The notes under the pieces: model-generated
What the model was told of the DNA's origin: nothing
The model's input: only the letters and a program-made list of their open reading frames with translations
The model's database searches: none
Translations under genes and position numbers: made by a program
Assembly (NCBI GenBank): GCA_965219415.1
Contig: CBDCNP010000002.1
Coordinates: forward strand, 320,001 to 384,000
DNA: 64,000 nucleotides
Direction of reading: 5' to 3'
DNA from: Candidatus Marinacidobacterales bacterium
GTDB taxonomy: Bacteria > Acidobacteriota > Vicinamibacteria > Marinacidobacterales > DATDRI01
Shown: in pieces, positions 18,831 through 30,627 of the stretch
How positions within the stretch are numbered: position 1 is the stretch's first letter
Layout of the letters: each line of letters starts with the position of its first letter

Positions 18831-20426
18831 TTAGAAAAGACGCGGCACCGGGTATCGGCCCGAGCGGCTATAGAGAGCCATGCGCGTCTTGGGACCAACG
18901 ATTCGATCGGGGACGAGGTAGTTGGAGCTTTGGAATCGCCCCACTGCCGAGCGGAGCGTCGGCGGCGGATCCGACTCCGGAGTCAAGTAACCGAGCTTGC
19001 GGAGACTCTCACTCACCCAAGCGCTGTCGGTGAAAGACGCCCCCTCGAACTCCTTCCAGAAAACGAAGGCCTTGCGCACCCAGAAGCGGTTCAAGAGCGA
19101 CACCGGTATGCGCACCGAGTCGTCGGGAGCGAAGGAGAGGACCGCGGTGTCTCCCTCCAGGGCGGTCAGAGCGGCGTAGACGGTGTCTTCGCGAGAGGTA
19201 TGAAAAAGCTCCACTACCACCGGCAGGTTGAGTTGTCGTATCTGATCGAAGTGGGTGGTGAGCTCGGTGCCTTGGAGTCCACCTCGACGCGCAATCGCCG
19301 GAAGATCTTCATCCGGCGACAAGGCGTCGGCTCCGCCAACTTGGGCATCCCACAAGTCGAGCAACACCGCCGCCGCTCCCCTTCTCGTGAGGGGCCGCGA
19401 CAGCGTGCCGATGCGACGATCGAAATCCTTCTCCGAGAGTCTTCCCGCCGTATCGCTTCCATAGCCTTCGTTCAAGTCCGCGGCTTCGACAGACTCCTTC
19501 GCCCCGGGAAGAAAAGCCGTGTCCCCTCGCAAGAAATTCAACCCGACCGCTCCCAACACGATGGCCGCCAAAGCCGCTCCTCGAAAACTCCACGAGTGAT
19601 ACCAGCGCCTCCGAGCCAAGTGTACGAGGTCAAGCTCGGCGATCGCCTGTTTCACGAGCGCGGTGTCTATCTCCCGTCGGCTGAGGACGAAACCTGCCAG
19701 AAGCACCCGATCACACAGCAAATTGATTAGTCGCGGGAGTCCATTGGAAAACCGATGAATCTTTCGAAGCGCTCCCAGTGTGAAGGAAACCTTTCCCACG
19801 CCTCCCGCCACGTCGAGACGATGGCGGATATACTCGATGGTCTCGTCCCGATTCATCGGGTTGAGGTGATAGCGAGCCGTCACGCGCTGCGCGAGCTGTC
19901 GCAGGTTGTTTCGCGAGAGCAGGGTGTTGAGCTCGGACTGTCCGATCAAGACGATCTGGATGAGCTTTTCCGTCGACGTCTCTAGATTCGAGATCATACG
20001 GATCTGCTCCAGCACGTCGGGCGAAAGATTCTGGGCCTCGTCGATGACCAACACGATGTTCTTCTCGGCCTCCCTCGCTTCCAATAGGAAACGGTGGAGC
20101 GCATCGACCAAATCCTTGGCCTCCTCACCGTTAGGCGTGATTCCCAAGTCGTCATTGATAGAGCGCAAGAGCTCGACCGCGCTCAGCGCGGGGTAGAGAA
20201 TGAAAGCGCTCAGCGTATTCTCGTCGAGCCGGTCCAGGAAGTAACGGCAAAGAGTGGTCTTGCCGGTCCCGACTTCGCCGCTGACCACGACGAACCCACC
20301 GCGCTGTTTCAGCCCAAACTCGAGATGGGCGAACGCTTCGCTGTGTTTCGCCGAAAGGTAGAGAAAACGGGGGTCTGGAGGTAGGTTGAACGGTTTTTCC
20401 CGAAACCCGAAGAAGCTTTCGTACGT
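18831..20426 (-). CDS. exeA: ExeA/GspA AAA ATPase with C-terminal peptidoglycan-binding domain
   Basis: The frame extends to (ACG)YESFFGFREKPFNLPPDPRFLY. GEVGTGKT, IDEAQ, GLPRLINLLCD and AVGRFQ...DRIVGPKT. Confidence 0.9.
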   Translation of the reverse strand, partial: TYESFFGFREKPFNLPPDPRFLYLSAKHSEAFAHLEFGLKQRGGFVVVSGEVGTGKTTLCRYFLDRLDENTLSAFILYPALSAVELLRSINDDLGITPNGEEAKDLVDALHRFLLEAREAEKNIVLVIDEAQNLSPDVLEQIRMISNLETSTEKLIQIVLIGQSELNTLLSRNNLRQLAQRVTARYHLNPMNRDETIEYIRHRLDVAGGVGKVSFTLGALRKIHRFSNGLPRLINLLCDRVLLAGFVLSRREIDTALVKQAIAELDLVHLARRRWYHSWSFRGAALAAIVLGAVGLNFLRGDTAFLPGAKESVEAADLNEGYGSDTAGRLSEKDFDRRIGTLSRPLTRRGAAAVLLDLWDAQVGGADALSPDEDLPAIARRGGLQGTELTTHFDQIRQLNLPVVVELFHTSREDTVYAALTALEGDTAVLSFAPDDSVRIPVSLLNRFWVRKAFVFWKEFEGASFTDSAWVSESLRKLGYLTPESDPPPTLRSAVGRFQSSNYLVPDRIVGPKTRMALYSRSGRYPVPRLF

Positions 20427-20457
20427 TGTAGTTGGGTTAGTAATCTATCATGAGGGC

Positions 20458-21209
20458 CTAGGTCCTTACCAGCATCGCTCGCAGCCCGCAGCCGACCGCG
20501 GCCTCGAAGGCCTCCACGTCCGGAAACCGACTGCTGGGTATGGCAGCAACTCTCGGGACTTCTTTCGCTGGCCCGGTTGGTCCACCCTGCTCATCCGGAT
20601 CCGCCACGCCATGAAAATGGAGCGCGAAACGGTAGCAGGGAAAGGCGATGGGAACGGATTGCGACTCGGTCCCGCCCAGCGAAAGTCGAGTGTCGGGTAG
20701 AGGCGTGAGGCCTCCGCAAACCGAGCAGTCGTAGCGGGGATCGGGACGGGCAGGATGCGAGTTCCCGAGGGGCTGTCCCTCCCCACACGAAGGACACACT
20801 TGGCGCGCGTCCTTCAAATCCCCCAGCCCGACCATCCTGAGCCTTTTGTAACCTCGTACCTCGATTCGTTCTGTCTTGGCGGTCCCGACCCCAAGCTCGA
20901 CCAGAGGTTCTCTCCCCGGCGGACCGAGTTTGATTTGGATCTCCTCCAACCCGTTGAGATTCTCCGCACGCTCGCGAAACTCATCGTAGTTACTCGCTTC
21001 GAAGGCTTGGCCTTCCCCGGGCGGTGGGTCGCCCGGTTTATCGGGCTCTGGTGGGTTCTCGCGAAGCACGCCCCAGGAAGGTGGCTCCCGCTCGAAGGCC
21101 GAGTTCCAGGGTCTGGATCCATTGCCTCGAGCAATTGTCCCACCCGAGCCGCCGACGGCACGTAGTAGGCGTCCTTAGGGAACAGATAAAACAGAATCGG
21201 CTTCCTCAC
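20458..21209 (-). CDS. hypothetical protein with CxxC...CxxC zinc ribbon, probable frameshift near 21100
   Basis: 203-aa ORF with CPSC and CSVC; a plausible N-terminus (RKPILFYLFPKD) is in another frame. Confidence 0.5.
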
Positions 21210-22284
21210 TCGCAGTTTCCGCGGCTGCCTGATCATCGGGGGCGGTGAAAAGAAAATAGTCGTAGGCGTAGCGAGCGATGTCCGCGATGGCGCGCTCCGC
21301 CTTGTCACGATCCTCAGAGCTCCTGCTGAGCACCGAGAGAACAATGTGCCCACGTCCGTGAGGGAGATAGATGATACCAACATCGTCGACCGTGCCTCCG
21401 ATCGTTCCCGTCTTGTGGGCCACCGGAACGGATTTGGGCAACAGGCCCCGGATTCGATCGACACCGGTGTCGCACCTCAGCATGATGTCGACCATCTTTT
21501 TGCATGACTCCGGGCTCGCGGCCTGGCCGAGCAAGATTTTCTCCAACAGCAGATTCATCGCCGCCGGGGTGGCGGTGTCTTGGTTATCCATCTCGAACCG
21601 GGTGGCTGCCATCTCCAACTCGCCGGGCTCCAACTCGTAGTCATTGAGCTTCTGCTCGAGCTCTTCGTAGGTCAGCCCTTCTACATCCCACTCTTCGAAC
21701 CCCATGTGATCCATGATCAGCTGTTGGGTGCTCCTGCTTACGACTAATCCCGTGATCCCTAGTGAAGCAAGGCGCTGATTCACGTTCCCGATCCCGACTC
21801 GCTCCAGGACGATATCCGTGGCGCTATTGTCGCTGATACGCATCATCAAGAACGCCAGGTTCTCGAGCGACAGCGAGACTCCCGGGACGATGAAACGCTT
21901 GAGCTGGCCACTTCCCAGATGAAGGTCCAGCGGTCCGAGCGACATCATTTCGTCCAGACGGATCTTTCCCTCGTCCACCTGGTTGAAAAGCTCCACCAGA
22001 ATCGCCACCTTGTAGGTACTGGCCATCGGGTACGACCGATTACCGTTCACAACGAGCCATTCACCCGACTCTACGTGCTTGATGGCGACTCCCATGTCCC
22101 CCGACGAGCCGACGATAGCCTCTTCGACTGCCAGCCGCAGCCGATCGATCCCGCCCTTATTGGTCGCCGGGCCCTCATTGGCCACCGTGGTCGTGGCCAA
22201 TGCCATGCAGAGGACCAGCAACAATGCCCTCGTCAGCACCTTCAAATGCACCTCCGGCGAAGCCTTTGGGCTCCCAGCTATCAT
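21175..22284 (-). CDS. class A beta-lactamase-fold serine hydrolase
   Basis: STYK, SDN and KTG motifs plus a signal peptide. Confidence 0.88.
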   Translation of the reverse strand: MIAGSPKASPEVHLKVLTRALLLVLCMALATTTVANEGPATNKGGIDRLRLAVEEAIVGSSGDMGVAIKHVESGEWLVVNGNRSYPMASTYKVAILVELFNQVDEGKIRLDEMMSLGPLDLHLGSGQLKRFIVPGVSLSLENLAFLMMRISDNSATDIVLERVGIGNVNQRLASLGITGLVVSRSTQQLIMDHMGFEEWDVEGLTYEELEQKLNDYELEPGELEMAATRFEMDNQDTATPAAMNLLLEKILLGQAASPESCKKMVDIMLRCDTGVDRIRGLLPKSVPVAHKTGTIGGTVDDVGIIYLPHGRGHIVLSVLSRSSEDRDKAERAIADIARYAYDYFLFTAPDDQAAAETASEEADSVLSVP

Positions 22285-22436
22285 GAATAGATGAACTCAT
22301 AGTAGGTCAGACCGGTGCGCGAGCACAAGCCACCATTCGTCACATCTCTGTGGAGAAATTCATAGGTGAAGAGCTCCGTAACCGCGTAGAATCCGTGGGA
22401 CGTGCACCGTCACGAATGGATTGATAGGGTGGTCGA

Positions 22437-23318
22437 ATGATAGGAAGCGGCGTGAGTCGAGAGCAACTGTCCCGCTCAGTTTTCAAGATCGGTGTCTCGA
22501 CCGCGTGTTTTTTGGCTACGTTCTTCGTGAGCTGCCTGACCCCCAAAGCGGAACCGGTCCTGGGTGACCTCGAAAACTCCCTCGAGCAAGGACTTGCCGA
22601 GGGAAAACAATCATTCGACCACAATCGCTGGAACGAGATCGTCGGCGAGTATGCCAAGGAAAACGGTCGGAAATTCGACTACCGAAGCCTTAAATCCAAC
22701 GAAGCCCGGCTAGACGAATACCTCAGTGCCTTGGCCGAAGCGGAGCTTCCCACTCTCTCTAGACCGGAACTGCTGGCGCTCTTCATTAATGCGTACAACG
22801 CCTATACGGTGAAGACGATCCTCGAGGAGATGCCACCGCAGGGCGAATACGGGATCGAGAGCATTCGCGATATCCGCAACGTCTTCGGCCGGAAGAAGCA
22901 CGCAGTCGGCGGATTCCGCTTGAGCCTCAACAATATCGAACACAACGTCCTCCGACCCTATTTCAAAGATCCCAGAATTCATTTTATCGTCAATTGCGCC
23001 TCGACTTCATGCCCCCCGCTTCCCGTCATGGCGTTCAATGGCGAGTCGGTCGATGAACAGCTCGAAGCGGAGACTCGCAGCCTCTTGTCTTCCCCAGATT
23101 ATGTTCGCGTCGAAGAGGACAGGCTCCTGGTGACGAAGATCATGGATTGGTACGGCTCGGATTTTGTGAAAGTGGGATACCTAGGCGCGGAAAGATATCT
23201 CTCCGATTACATCAAGAAATACACTCGGCAGGATGTACGAGAATGGATCGATTCTCGGTCATCCCCTCCCAAACCGAAATTCATGAAGTACGATTGGTCG
23301 CTCAATCGAGCTTCCTAG
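22437..23318 (+). CDS. DUF547 domain lipoprotein
   Basis: LALFINAYNA, IEH..LR, DPRIHF.VNCAS.SCP and YDWSLN. Confidence 0.92.
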   Translation: MIGSGVSREQLSRSVFKIGVSTACFLATFFVSCLTPKAEPVLGDLENSLEQGLAEGKQSFDHNRWNEIVGEYAKENGRKFDYRSLKSNEARLDEYLSALAEAELPTLSRPELLALFINAYNAYTVKTILEEMPPQGEYGIESIRDIRNVFGRKKHAVGGFRLSLNNIEHNVLRPYFKDPRIHFIVNCASTSCPPLPVMAFNGESVDEQLEAETRSLLSSPDYVRVEEDRLLVTKIMDWYGSDFVKVGYLGAERYLSDYIKKYTRQDVREWIDSRSSPPKPKFMKYDWSLNRAS

Positions 23319-23400
23319 TACGGTTTTCCAACTTTTCCGGCTCTGCTGACCCTGGTGCTTGCCTCGATCCGCCCGACCGGACTACTATCGCGCCCTTGCA

Positions 23401-24213
23401 ATGAAAAAGCCGTTTCGCGAAGCGCTCGACCGAATAGAACGAGAACACTGGTGGTACCGGGGCCGACAAGTCATCCTCGAACGCGCCCTCGACCGGTTCA
23501 TCGGAAATCCAGAGCGCTCCCTCGCCATCGGCGTGGGTGCGAGCCGCGAAGCAGAAATGCTATCCAAGAGAACGCGCCTGGTGGCGGTGGACCGCGAGGA
23601 GATCCATCGACGTTCCGCCGAGGTGGCGATGGGCGTCCAGACCGACGCCGCGCTTCTCCCCTTTTTGGATGCCTCCTTCGATGCCGTCTTCATCTTCGAT
23701 GTGCTCGAGCATATCGAGGGAGATGATGCCGTGCTCGAAGAAATTCGGAGGGTGCTCCGCCCCGACGGTGCGCTACTGCTCACCGTCCCCGCGTTCATGT
23801 TCTTGTTTGGCCGCCAAGACAGAATGAGCGATCACAAACGCCGCTACCGCCGAGGGAAGCTCATGCAACTCGTGAGTGAGCACGGCTTGGAGGTACAGTA
23901 CTGCACTTACTTCAATACGATGCTATTCCCTCCCATTGCGGCCGCTCGCGTGGCTCGCCGCTGGCTGCGCTTTCCCGATGGAGACGGCCAGACACGGACT
24001 TCGACATGCGGCTGCCCGGCGTGGTGGAGCGCCTCTTGGAGGGTCTGCTCGCCTTCGAAAGGCACGCGATCGATCGCGTGTCGCTCCTCTGCTCGGCTCG
24101 ACGCCCGCCCGATCCGGCGAGCGCGAAAGCCTAACTCTCAGGCGTTTCCTCTGCACCCGCCAGCCGCTTTTCCCATTGAGAGAGACGCTCGGAACCGGGA
24201 GGCGACGTCATGA
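23401..24213 (+). CDS. class I SAM-dependent methyltransferase, C-terminus frameshifted
   Basis: HWWYRGR, DVLEH, LTVPA and HKRRY. End coordinate uncertain. Confidence 0.8.
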   Translation: MKKPFREALDRIEREHWWYRGRQVILERALDRFIGNPERSLAIGVGASREAEMLSKRTRLVAVDREEIHRRSAEVAMGVQTDAALLPFLDASFDAVFIFDVLEHIEGDDAVLEEIRRVLRPDGALLLTVPAFMFLFGRQDRMSDHKRRYRRGKLMQLVSEHGLEVQYCTYFNTMLFPPIAAARVARRWLRFPDGDGQTRTSTCGCPAWWSASWRVCSPSKGTRSIACRSSARLDARPIRRARKPNSQAFPLHPPAAFPIERDARNREATS

Positions 24214-24459
24214 GGCTCACCGCCACCAGGGTAACCAAGCTCGTACTGATTCCGATCATGATCGGCTCGGAAGAGCCCACTCCCCAACGGCCCATGGCGA
24301 TAACCGAGGCCATCGCGCTGAGGGGCATCGAAGCGAGTGTGCCGGCCGCATTGGCCCGCTTCCAAAAGAAACCCGTAAAGACGGGGACGAAGAGCGATCC
24401 CGACAGCAAGGTCTACGCGATGTCCAGCGCCTTGACAACGTCTTGCACCCAAAGGGCAA

Positions 24460-25774
<1,315 letters not shown>

Positions 25775-26965
25775 CAAGCCCGATCACCACGATGCCGAGA
25801 ATACAGGTGAAGGATCGCGTTACGCGGAGAAACCCCACCTCGTTCAAGTCTCCGGCGAGGAATCTGCGATAGATGTCGTTCGCTACTAGCGTCGACGCAG
25901 CGAGAAGTGGACCGCTGGCCGTGGACATTAGGGCGGACAGACTGCCGGCTAGAACGAGCCCGGTCACTCCCGCGGGCAGGATTCCACCGCTACCGTGGCA
26001 TAGGCCATTTGAGGATCCTGCAGGTCGGCGAACTTGACTGCCGCGATCATTCCGATGAACGCGGTCGCGATCGCGTACAGAAGGCAGTACAAGCCTGCGA
26101 AGATCGTTTCTCGTCGCGCAACTCGTGGGTCTCTTGCTGTGAACACACGTTGCCAAATATCTTGGCCGATGAGAAGTCCCAGGAAGAACAGCAAGAAAAA
26201 AGCAAAGATCGTATCGTAGCCGATGGTGTCGAGGAGAAAATGAGCTTCGGGTAAGTTGTCCGACAGTCCCTGCCAGCCGCCCACGGCGCGGAAGCCGATA
26301 GGAAGCATGAGGAGTGTCCCGATAGTCATGAGGGTGAACTGGATGGCGTCGGTCATGGATACCGACCACATGCCACCCAAAAACGTGTAAGTGACAACGA
26401 CCAAGCCGCCCGCCAACATTCCGGCCGTCATTCCCCAACCCAGCATCGCATGCAGAATCGTTCCGATGGCGATGACCTGAATGACCGCGCTCATCATCGC
26501 GTAGGCCGCCATGATGACCGCACTGATCAGGCGTGCTGATTTGTCATAGCGGAGCTCGAGCATCTCACTGACGCTGATGACCCTAAGGTTCGCCAGCTTG
26601 CTTGTCAGAAATATGCCTAACGCCGTGATGCCGAGCCCGATCATGAAGACCATCCACATCCCGGAGATACCGAACTCATAGCCGAGCTTCGCGCTACCCA
26701 CTGTAGATGCGCCGCCCAATACGACCGCGGCGAGGCACGCGGTGTACATGCCGTAACCCAACCGTCGACCGGCAACGAGATAGTCGTCAGAGGTCTTGCT
26801 CATCTTCCACCCGCGATAGCCAAGATAGGCATGAGGAGCAAGTAGAAAAAAATAATGGCGAAGTCGATGGCGTGCATTGCTTTACCGAACCGGGATTCTA
26901 TAGTTTCGGAAGGGTGACTTCAAAAAAGTAAAATGGATGACATATGATGCCGCAAAGGAGTCCCT

Positions 26966-28672
26966 ATGGTTCGCGTCAAATGGCCTACGTTCTTCGCTCT
27001 AGCAATCCTCTTCGCCGCCACTCCCGCCTGGTCGCAGGAGCCCGATGCAACCTCGACGGACGACGAGCCGTCCTTGACCGAGCAAACCGAGACGCTAGCG
27101 GCCGAGCTTCGGGAGCAGCAAGCCGAGGCCGATGATCTGGTGACCCGATATGAGGCCGCGGAGGGTGAGGAACGTCAGGTCCTCGCAAGCCAGCTTGTGC
27201 GGAGGGGAAAAGAGTTTCGGAGGAATCTCACCACGCTCATTTCACGCCTCGAGGGGCTGCGCGAAGAGGGGCGAGAATCGGAAGTCGCCCGCGCCACCGC
27301 CGAGAGGCTCGTGGTTTGGGCGATCGATTTTGGTCGCCGAGAGCTCGAGCGGCACCGCGAATCGGGGACGGAGATGCGGGTGGCGTGGATTGACCTGCCG
27401 CCGGAAGAAAAGCTCCTTGAGGAACAACGCCTTGGGATACTCCGTACCCAGATCATCCGCCTTCTCGAAGGTCTTCTGGAAATGTCTACCCACGCGGAGA
27501 GTCTCGGTCTGGATCCGACGGGTCATCTGAATTATTTGGACCAGTTTGTCACCGAATTCGCCCAAGGCGAGGCCGGCCGCCTCGATCTTGCCCGAATCCA
27601 AGTGGCCGAACTAAGTGAGCAGCTGACGAGGGTGGCGAAGGAAGAGGAGCCCGCGATCCGGGCCGAATTTACTGCTTTTCAAGAGAGGGTTCACGGAACC
27701 TCGACCTCGCTCGGGGCAATCGTAGACGTCATGGATAGGCGCGCCCTCGACACCGCCGAATACAAACAACTACTGATCCAAGCAACGGGCACGGTCACCA
27801 CCGATATCTTCGACACACGGGTCCTTTACGGCCTCATCCAGGACGGGTGGAGCAACTTCACCGATTGGCTCTCGGCCCGCGGGCCTCAATTCCTTCTCAA
27901 GGCGTTCTTCTTTCTCGTTGTGCTCGGCGTCTTCTGGGTCGTCTCTCGGATCGTTTCTTGGATCGTTCGGCGAACGGTGAAACGCCCGGATGTCAAGGTT
28001 CCCACCTTGCTGCGCAATATGTTGGTGTCGGTCGCCTCCAAGGTTGTCATGATCCTCGGTTTGCTCATTGCGTTGTCTCAGATTGGAGTGGAAGTCGCGC
28101 CGCTACTCACGGGGCTCGGGATCGCGGGCTTCATCGTCGGCTTCGCCCTTCAAGACTCGCTGTCGAACTTTGCCGCGGGCATGATGATCCTCCTTTATCG
28201 ACCCTTCGACGTGGGTGACATCGTCGAAGCGGGAGGCGCCTTCGGGAAGGTTGGCGACATGAGCCTGGTATCGACGACGATCCTCTCTTTCGACAACCAA
28301 AGGTTGATCGTGCCGAATCGGAAAATCTGGGGCGACGTGATCAAGAACGTTACATCGGAGAGCACGCGCCGCGTGGACCTGACCTTTCGGGTCAGTTACG
28401 GTGACGACATCGAGCGCGCAGAGCGAGCTCTCCGAGAGATCGTCGAAACGAACGAGCACGTACTCGACGAGCCGGAATCGATTATCAAACTGCACAAACT
28501 AGGCGATTCGTCAGTGGAGTTCGTCGTGCGCCCTTGGGTCAGGCGCTCGAACTATTGGGACGTCTACTGGGACATTACCCGCTCTGTGAAGAAGCGCTTC
28601 GACGAGGAAGGAATCTCGATTCCATTCCCCCAGCACGATGTCCACGTCCATCGGCAGCCCCACACTACGTAG
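26966..28672 (+). CDS. MscS mechanosensitive channel with large periplasmic helical domain
   Basis: GFALQDSLSNFAAG, RPFDVGD, VPN and ISIPFPQ. Confidence 0.92.
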   Translation: MVRVKWPTFFALAILFAATPAWSQEPDATSTDDEPSLTEQTETLAAELREQQAEADDLVTRYEAAEGEERQVLASQLVRRGKEFRRNLTTLISRLEGLREEGRESEVARATAERLVVWAIDFGRRELERHRESGTEMRVAWIDLPPEEKLLEEQRLGILRTQIIRLLEGLLEMSTHAESLGLDPTGHLNYLDQFVTEFAQGEAGRLDLARIQVAELSEQLTRVAKEEEPAIRAEFTAFQERVHGTSTSLGAIVDVMDRRALDTAEYKQLLIQATGTVTTDIFDTRVLYGLIQDGWSNFTDWLSARGPQFLLKAFFFLVVLGVFWVVSRIVSWIVRRTVKRPDVKVPTLLRNMLVSVASKVVMILGLLIALSQIGVEVAPLLTGLGIAGFIVGFALQDSLSNFAAGMMILLYRPFDVGDIVEAGGAFGKVGDMSLVSTTILSFDNQRLIVPNRKIWGDVIKNVTSESTRRVDLTFRVSYGDDIERAERALREIVETNEHVLDEPESIIKLHKLGDSSVEFVVRPWVRRSNYWDVYWDITRSVKKRFDEEGISIPFPQHDVHVHRQPHTT

Positions 28673-28772
28673 GGGGGGCCCTCACCGGAGCTCTCGGACC
28701 CAGATGTTGCGGAAGCCCACCGGTCGATCGTGATCCTGGGGCAAAAAGAGGTCGGCTCACCCCCTCCTGTCT

Positions 28773-29597
28773 TTGACATCGAACCCATTCGTGCGACACC
28801 CTCCGGCTGTGCCAGCGGACAATTCAATCTACGACACACTGGACGACTGGTGGGACCCGACCGGCTCGGTGGCCGGCATTCATGCCATGAACCCGGCCCG
28901 TGTCGGTTATTTCCGGGGCGTGCTCCAGGAGCGGTTGGGGCCCGATTTGTCAGGGGTGAGGATCTTGGATGTCGGTTGCGGGGGGGGCCTGCTTACCGAA
29001 GAGCTGCTTCGACTCGGAGCCGCTGCGATCGGCGTCGACCAGGCTGAAGCGGCCGTCCGGTGCGCGACAGCCCACGCGCGCTCGGACGGATTGTGTCCCC
29101 GGTATGTACGAGCGTGTGGAGGGCAGTTGCCATTCGAGGACGGGTTTTTCCCCGTCGTAATGAGCAGCGACTTTCTCGAGCATGTCGAGAACCTGACCTC
29201 GGTCATGCAGGAGTGTGCACGCGTTCTCGCCCCGGGCGGTTTGTTTCTGTATGACACGATCAACCGGACATGGCTGACCCGCATCTTTCACGTCGGTGTG
29301 CTTCAAGAGTGGAGAAGACTCGTCCCGGAAGGCACGCACGATTGGCGCCAATTCATCAGGCCCTCCGAGCTTCAATCGACGATGAAGAGCGTAGCAGTTC
29401 GTCCGGTAGAGACGCTTGGCCTCTTACCGGTCGACCCCGTTCGCTTCGCGTTGCATCTCCTGAAACACAAGAGGGGTCGAGACAGAATGCCCGCCTTTCG
29501 TATCGGCTCATGGACGGGCGGTAGCTACGTTGGCTACGGCGTGAAAGAGATCGATTATAATGATGCGTCGCCCGCCGCCGGAGGAAGAAATGTCTGA
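28773..29597 (+). CDS. ubiG: UbiG-family O-methyltransferase
   Basis: WWD, MNPARVGY, LDVGCGGGLL, TINRT and GTHDWRQFIRP. Confidence 0.8.
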   Translation: MTSNPFVRHPPAVPADNSIYDTLDDWWDPTGSVAGIHAMNPARVGYFRGVLQERLGPDLSGVRILDVGCGGGLLTEELLRLGAAAIGVDQAEAAVRCATAHARSDGLCPRYVRACGGQLPFEDGFFPVVMSSDFLEHVENLTSVMQECARVLAPGGLFLYDTINRTWLTRIFHVGVLQEWRRLVPEGTHDWRQFIRPSELQSTMKSVAVRPVETLGLLPVDPVRFALHLLKHKRGRDRMPAFRIGSWTGGSYVGYGVKEIDYNDASPAAGGRNV

Positions 29598-30608
29598 AAA
29601 GTTCAAGCCTGATATTCCTGACAGTAAGGTCAGGCCACGCGAGGTTTTTCTGAATAGGAGGAAGTTTCTGACCGCACTTGGGCTCGGAGCCCTCGCGGCT
29701 CCCTAGGCGTGTCGCCCCGCGAACGGCGGCGCAGAAGAAACCGCGAAGCTGACGCCACCCTTTCAACGACCGGAGGTGTTTCCGGCCGAAGCCAACCGAA
29801 GCATCAAGCTCCCCCCTAGCCTCAGGCGCACCGAGCTCACGCCACGGGAAGTGGCGGCCTCCTTCAACAATTTCTACGAGTTCCTTCCCGGAGGCGGCGG
29901 ACCGGTCTGGGAGTTCGTCGAGAAATTCGAAGTCGACCCGTGGAAGGTCGAAGTCGGCGGAGAATGTCAAAAGCCGATGACGCTCGACCTCGACGACGTC
30001 TTCGCCTTCGAGCAGGAAGAGCGGATCTATCACTTTCGCTGCGTCGAGCGGTGGGCGATGAACGTTCCCTGGACGGGATTTCCACTCAAGAAACTTTTGC
30101 AGAAGGTGGAGCCCAAAGACTCAGCCAAGTACGTACGCTTCGAAAGCGCCCTCGACCGTAGCCAAATGCCGGGAGCAAAGGACTCACCATGGTACCCATG
30201 GCCCTATCACGAGGCGCTCAGGATGGATGAGGCGATGAACGATCTCACCTTCGTGGCGACGGGCGTGTACGGTGAGCCGCTACTGAAGCAGCACGGAGCT
30301 CCCTTCCGCATGGTCGTTCCATGGAAGTATGGGTAAAGGGTCCCAAATCGGTGGTGAAGATCAAGCTGGTAAAAAAGCCGCCCAAGACGTTCTGGCAAAT
30401 CCAACCCCACGAGTACGGGTTCCTCTCCAATATCAATCCCAACATCCCCCACCCTCGTTGGAGCCAGATGGAGTCGCATTGGTTGGACACGCGCGATAAA
30501 TTCCCGACGGCGATCTTCAACGGCTACGAGGAATACGTCGCCGATCTTTACCCGGATGAGCCGCGAGCTCCCCAGAAGCCGTTGAGAGAAGGTCAGACCG
30601 CACGGTGA
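29590..30608 (+). pseudogene. msrP: MsrP (YedY) molybdoenzyme, in-frame TAG at 29704 and frameshift near 30335
   Basis: Tat signal NRRKFL, NNFYEF, FRCVE, PWKYG, EYGF.SN.NP and HPRWSQ. Confidence 0.9.
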
Positions 30609-30627
30609 GCTCTTTGGATAGATATCG

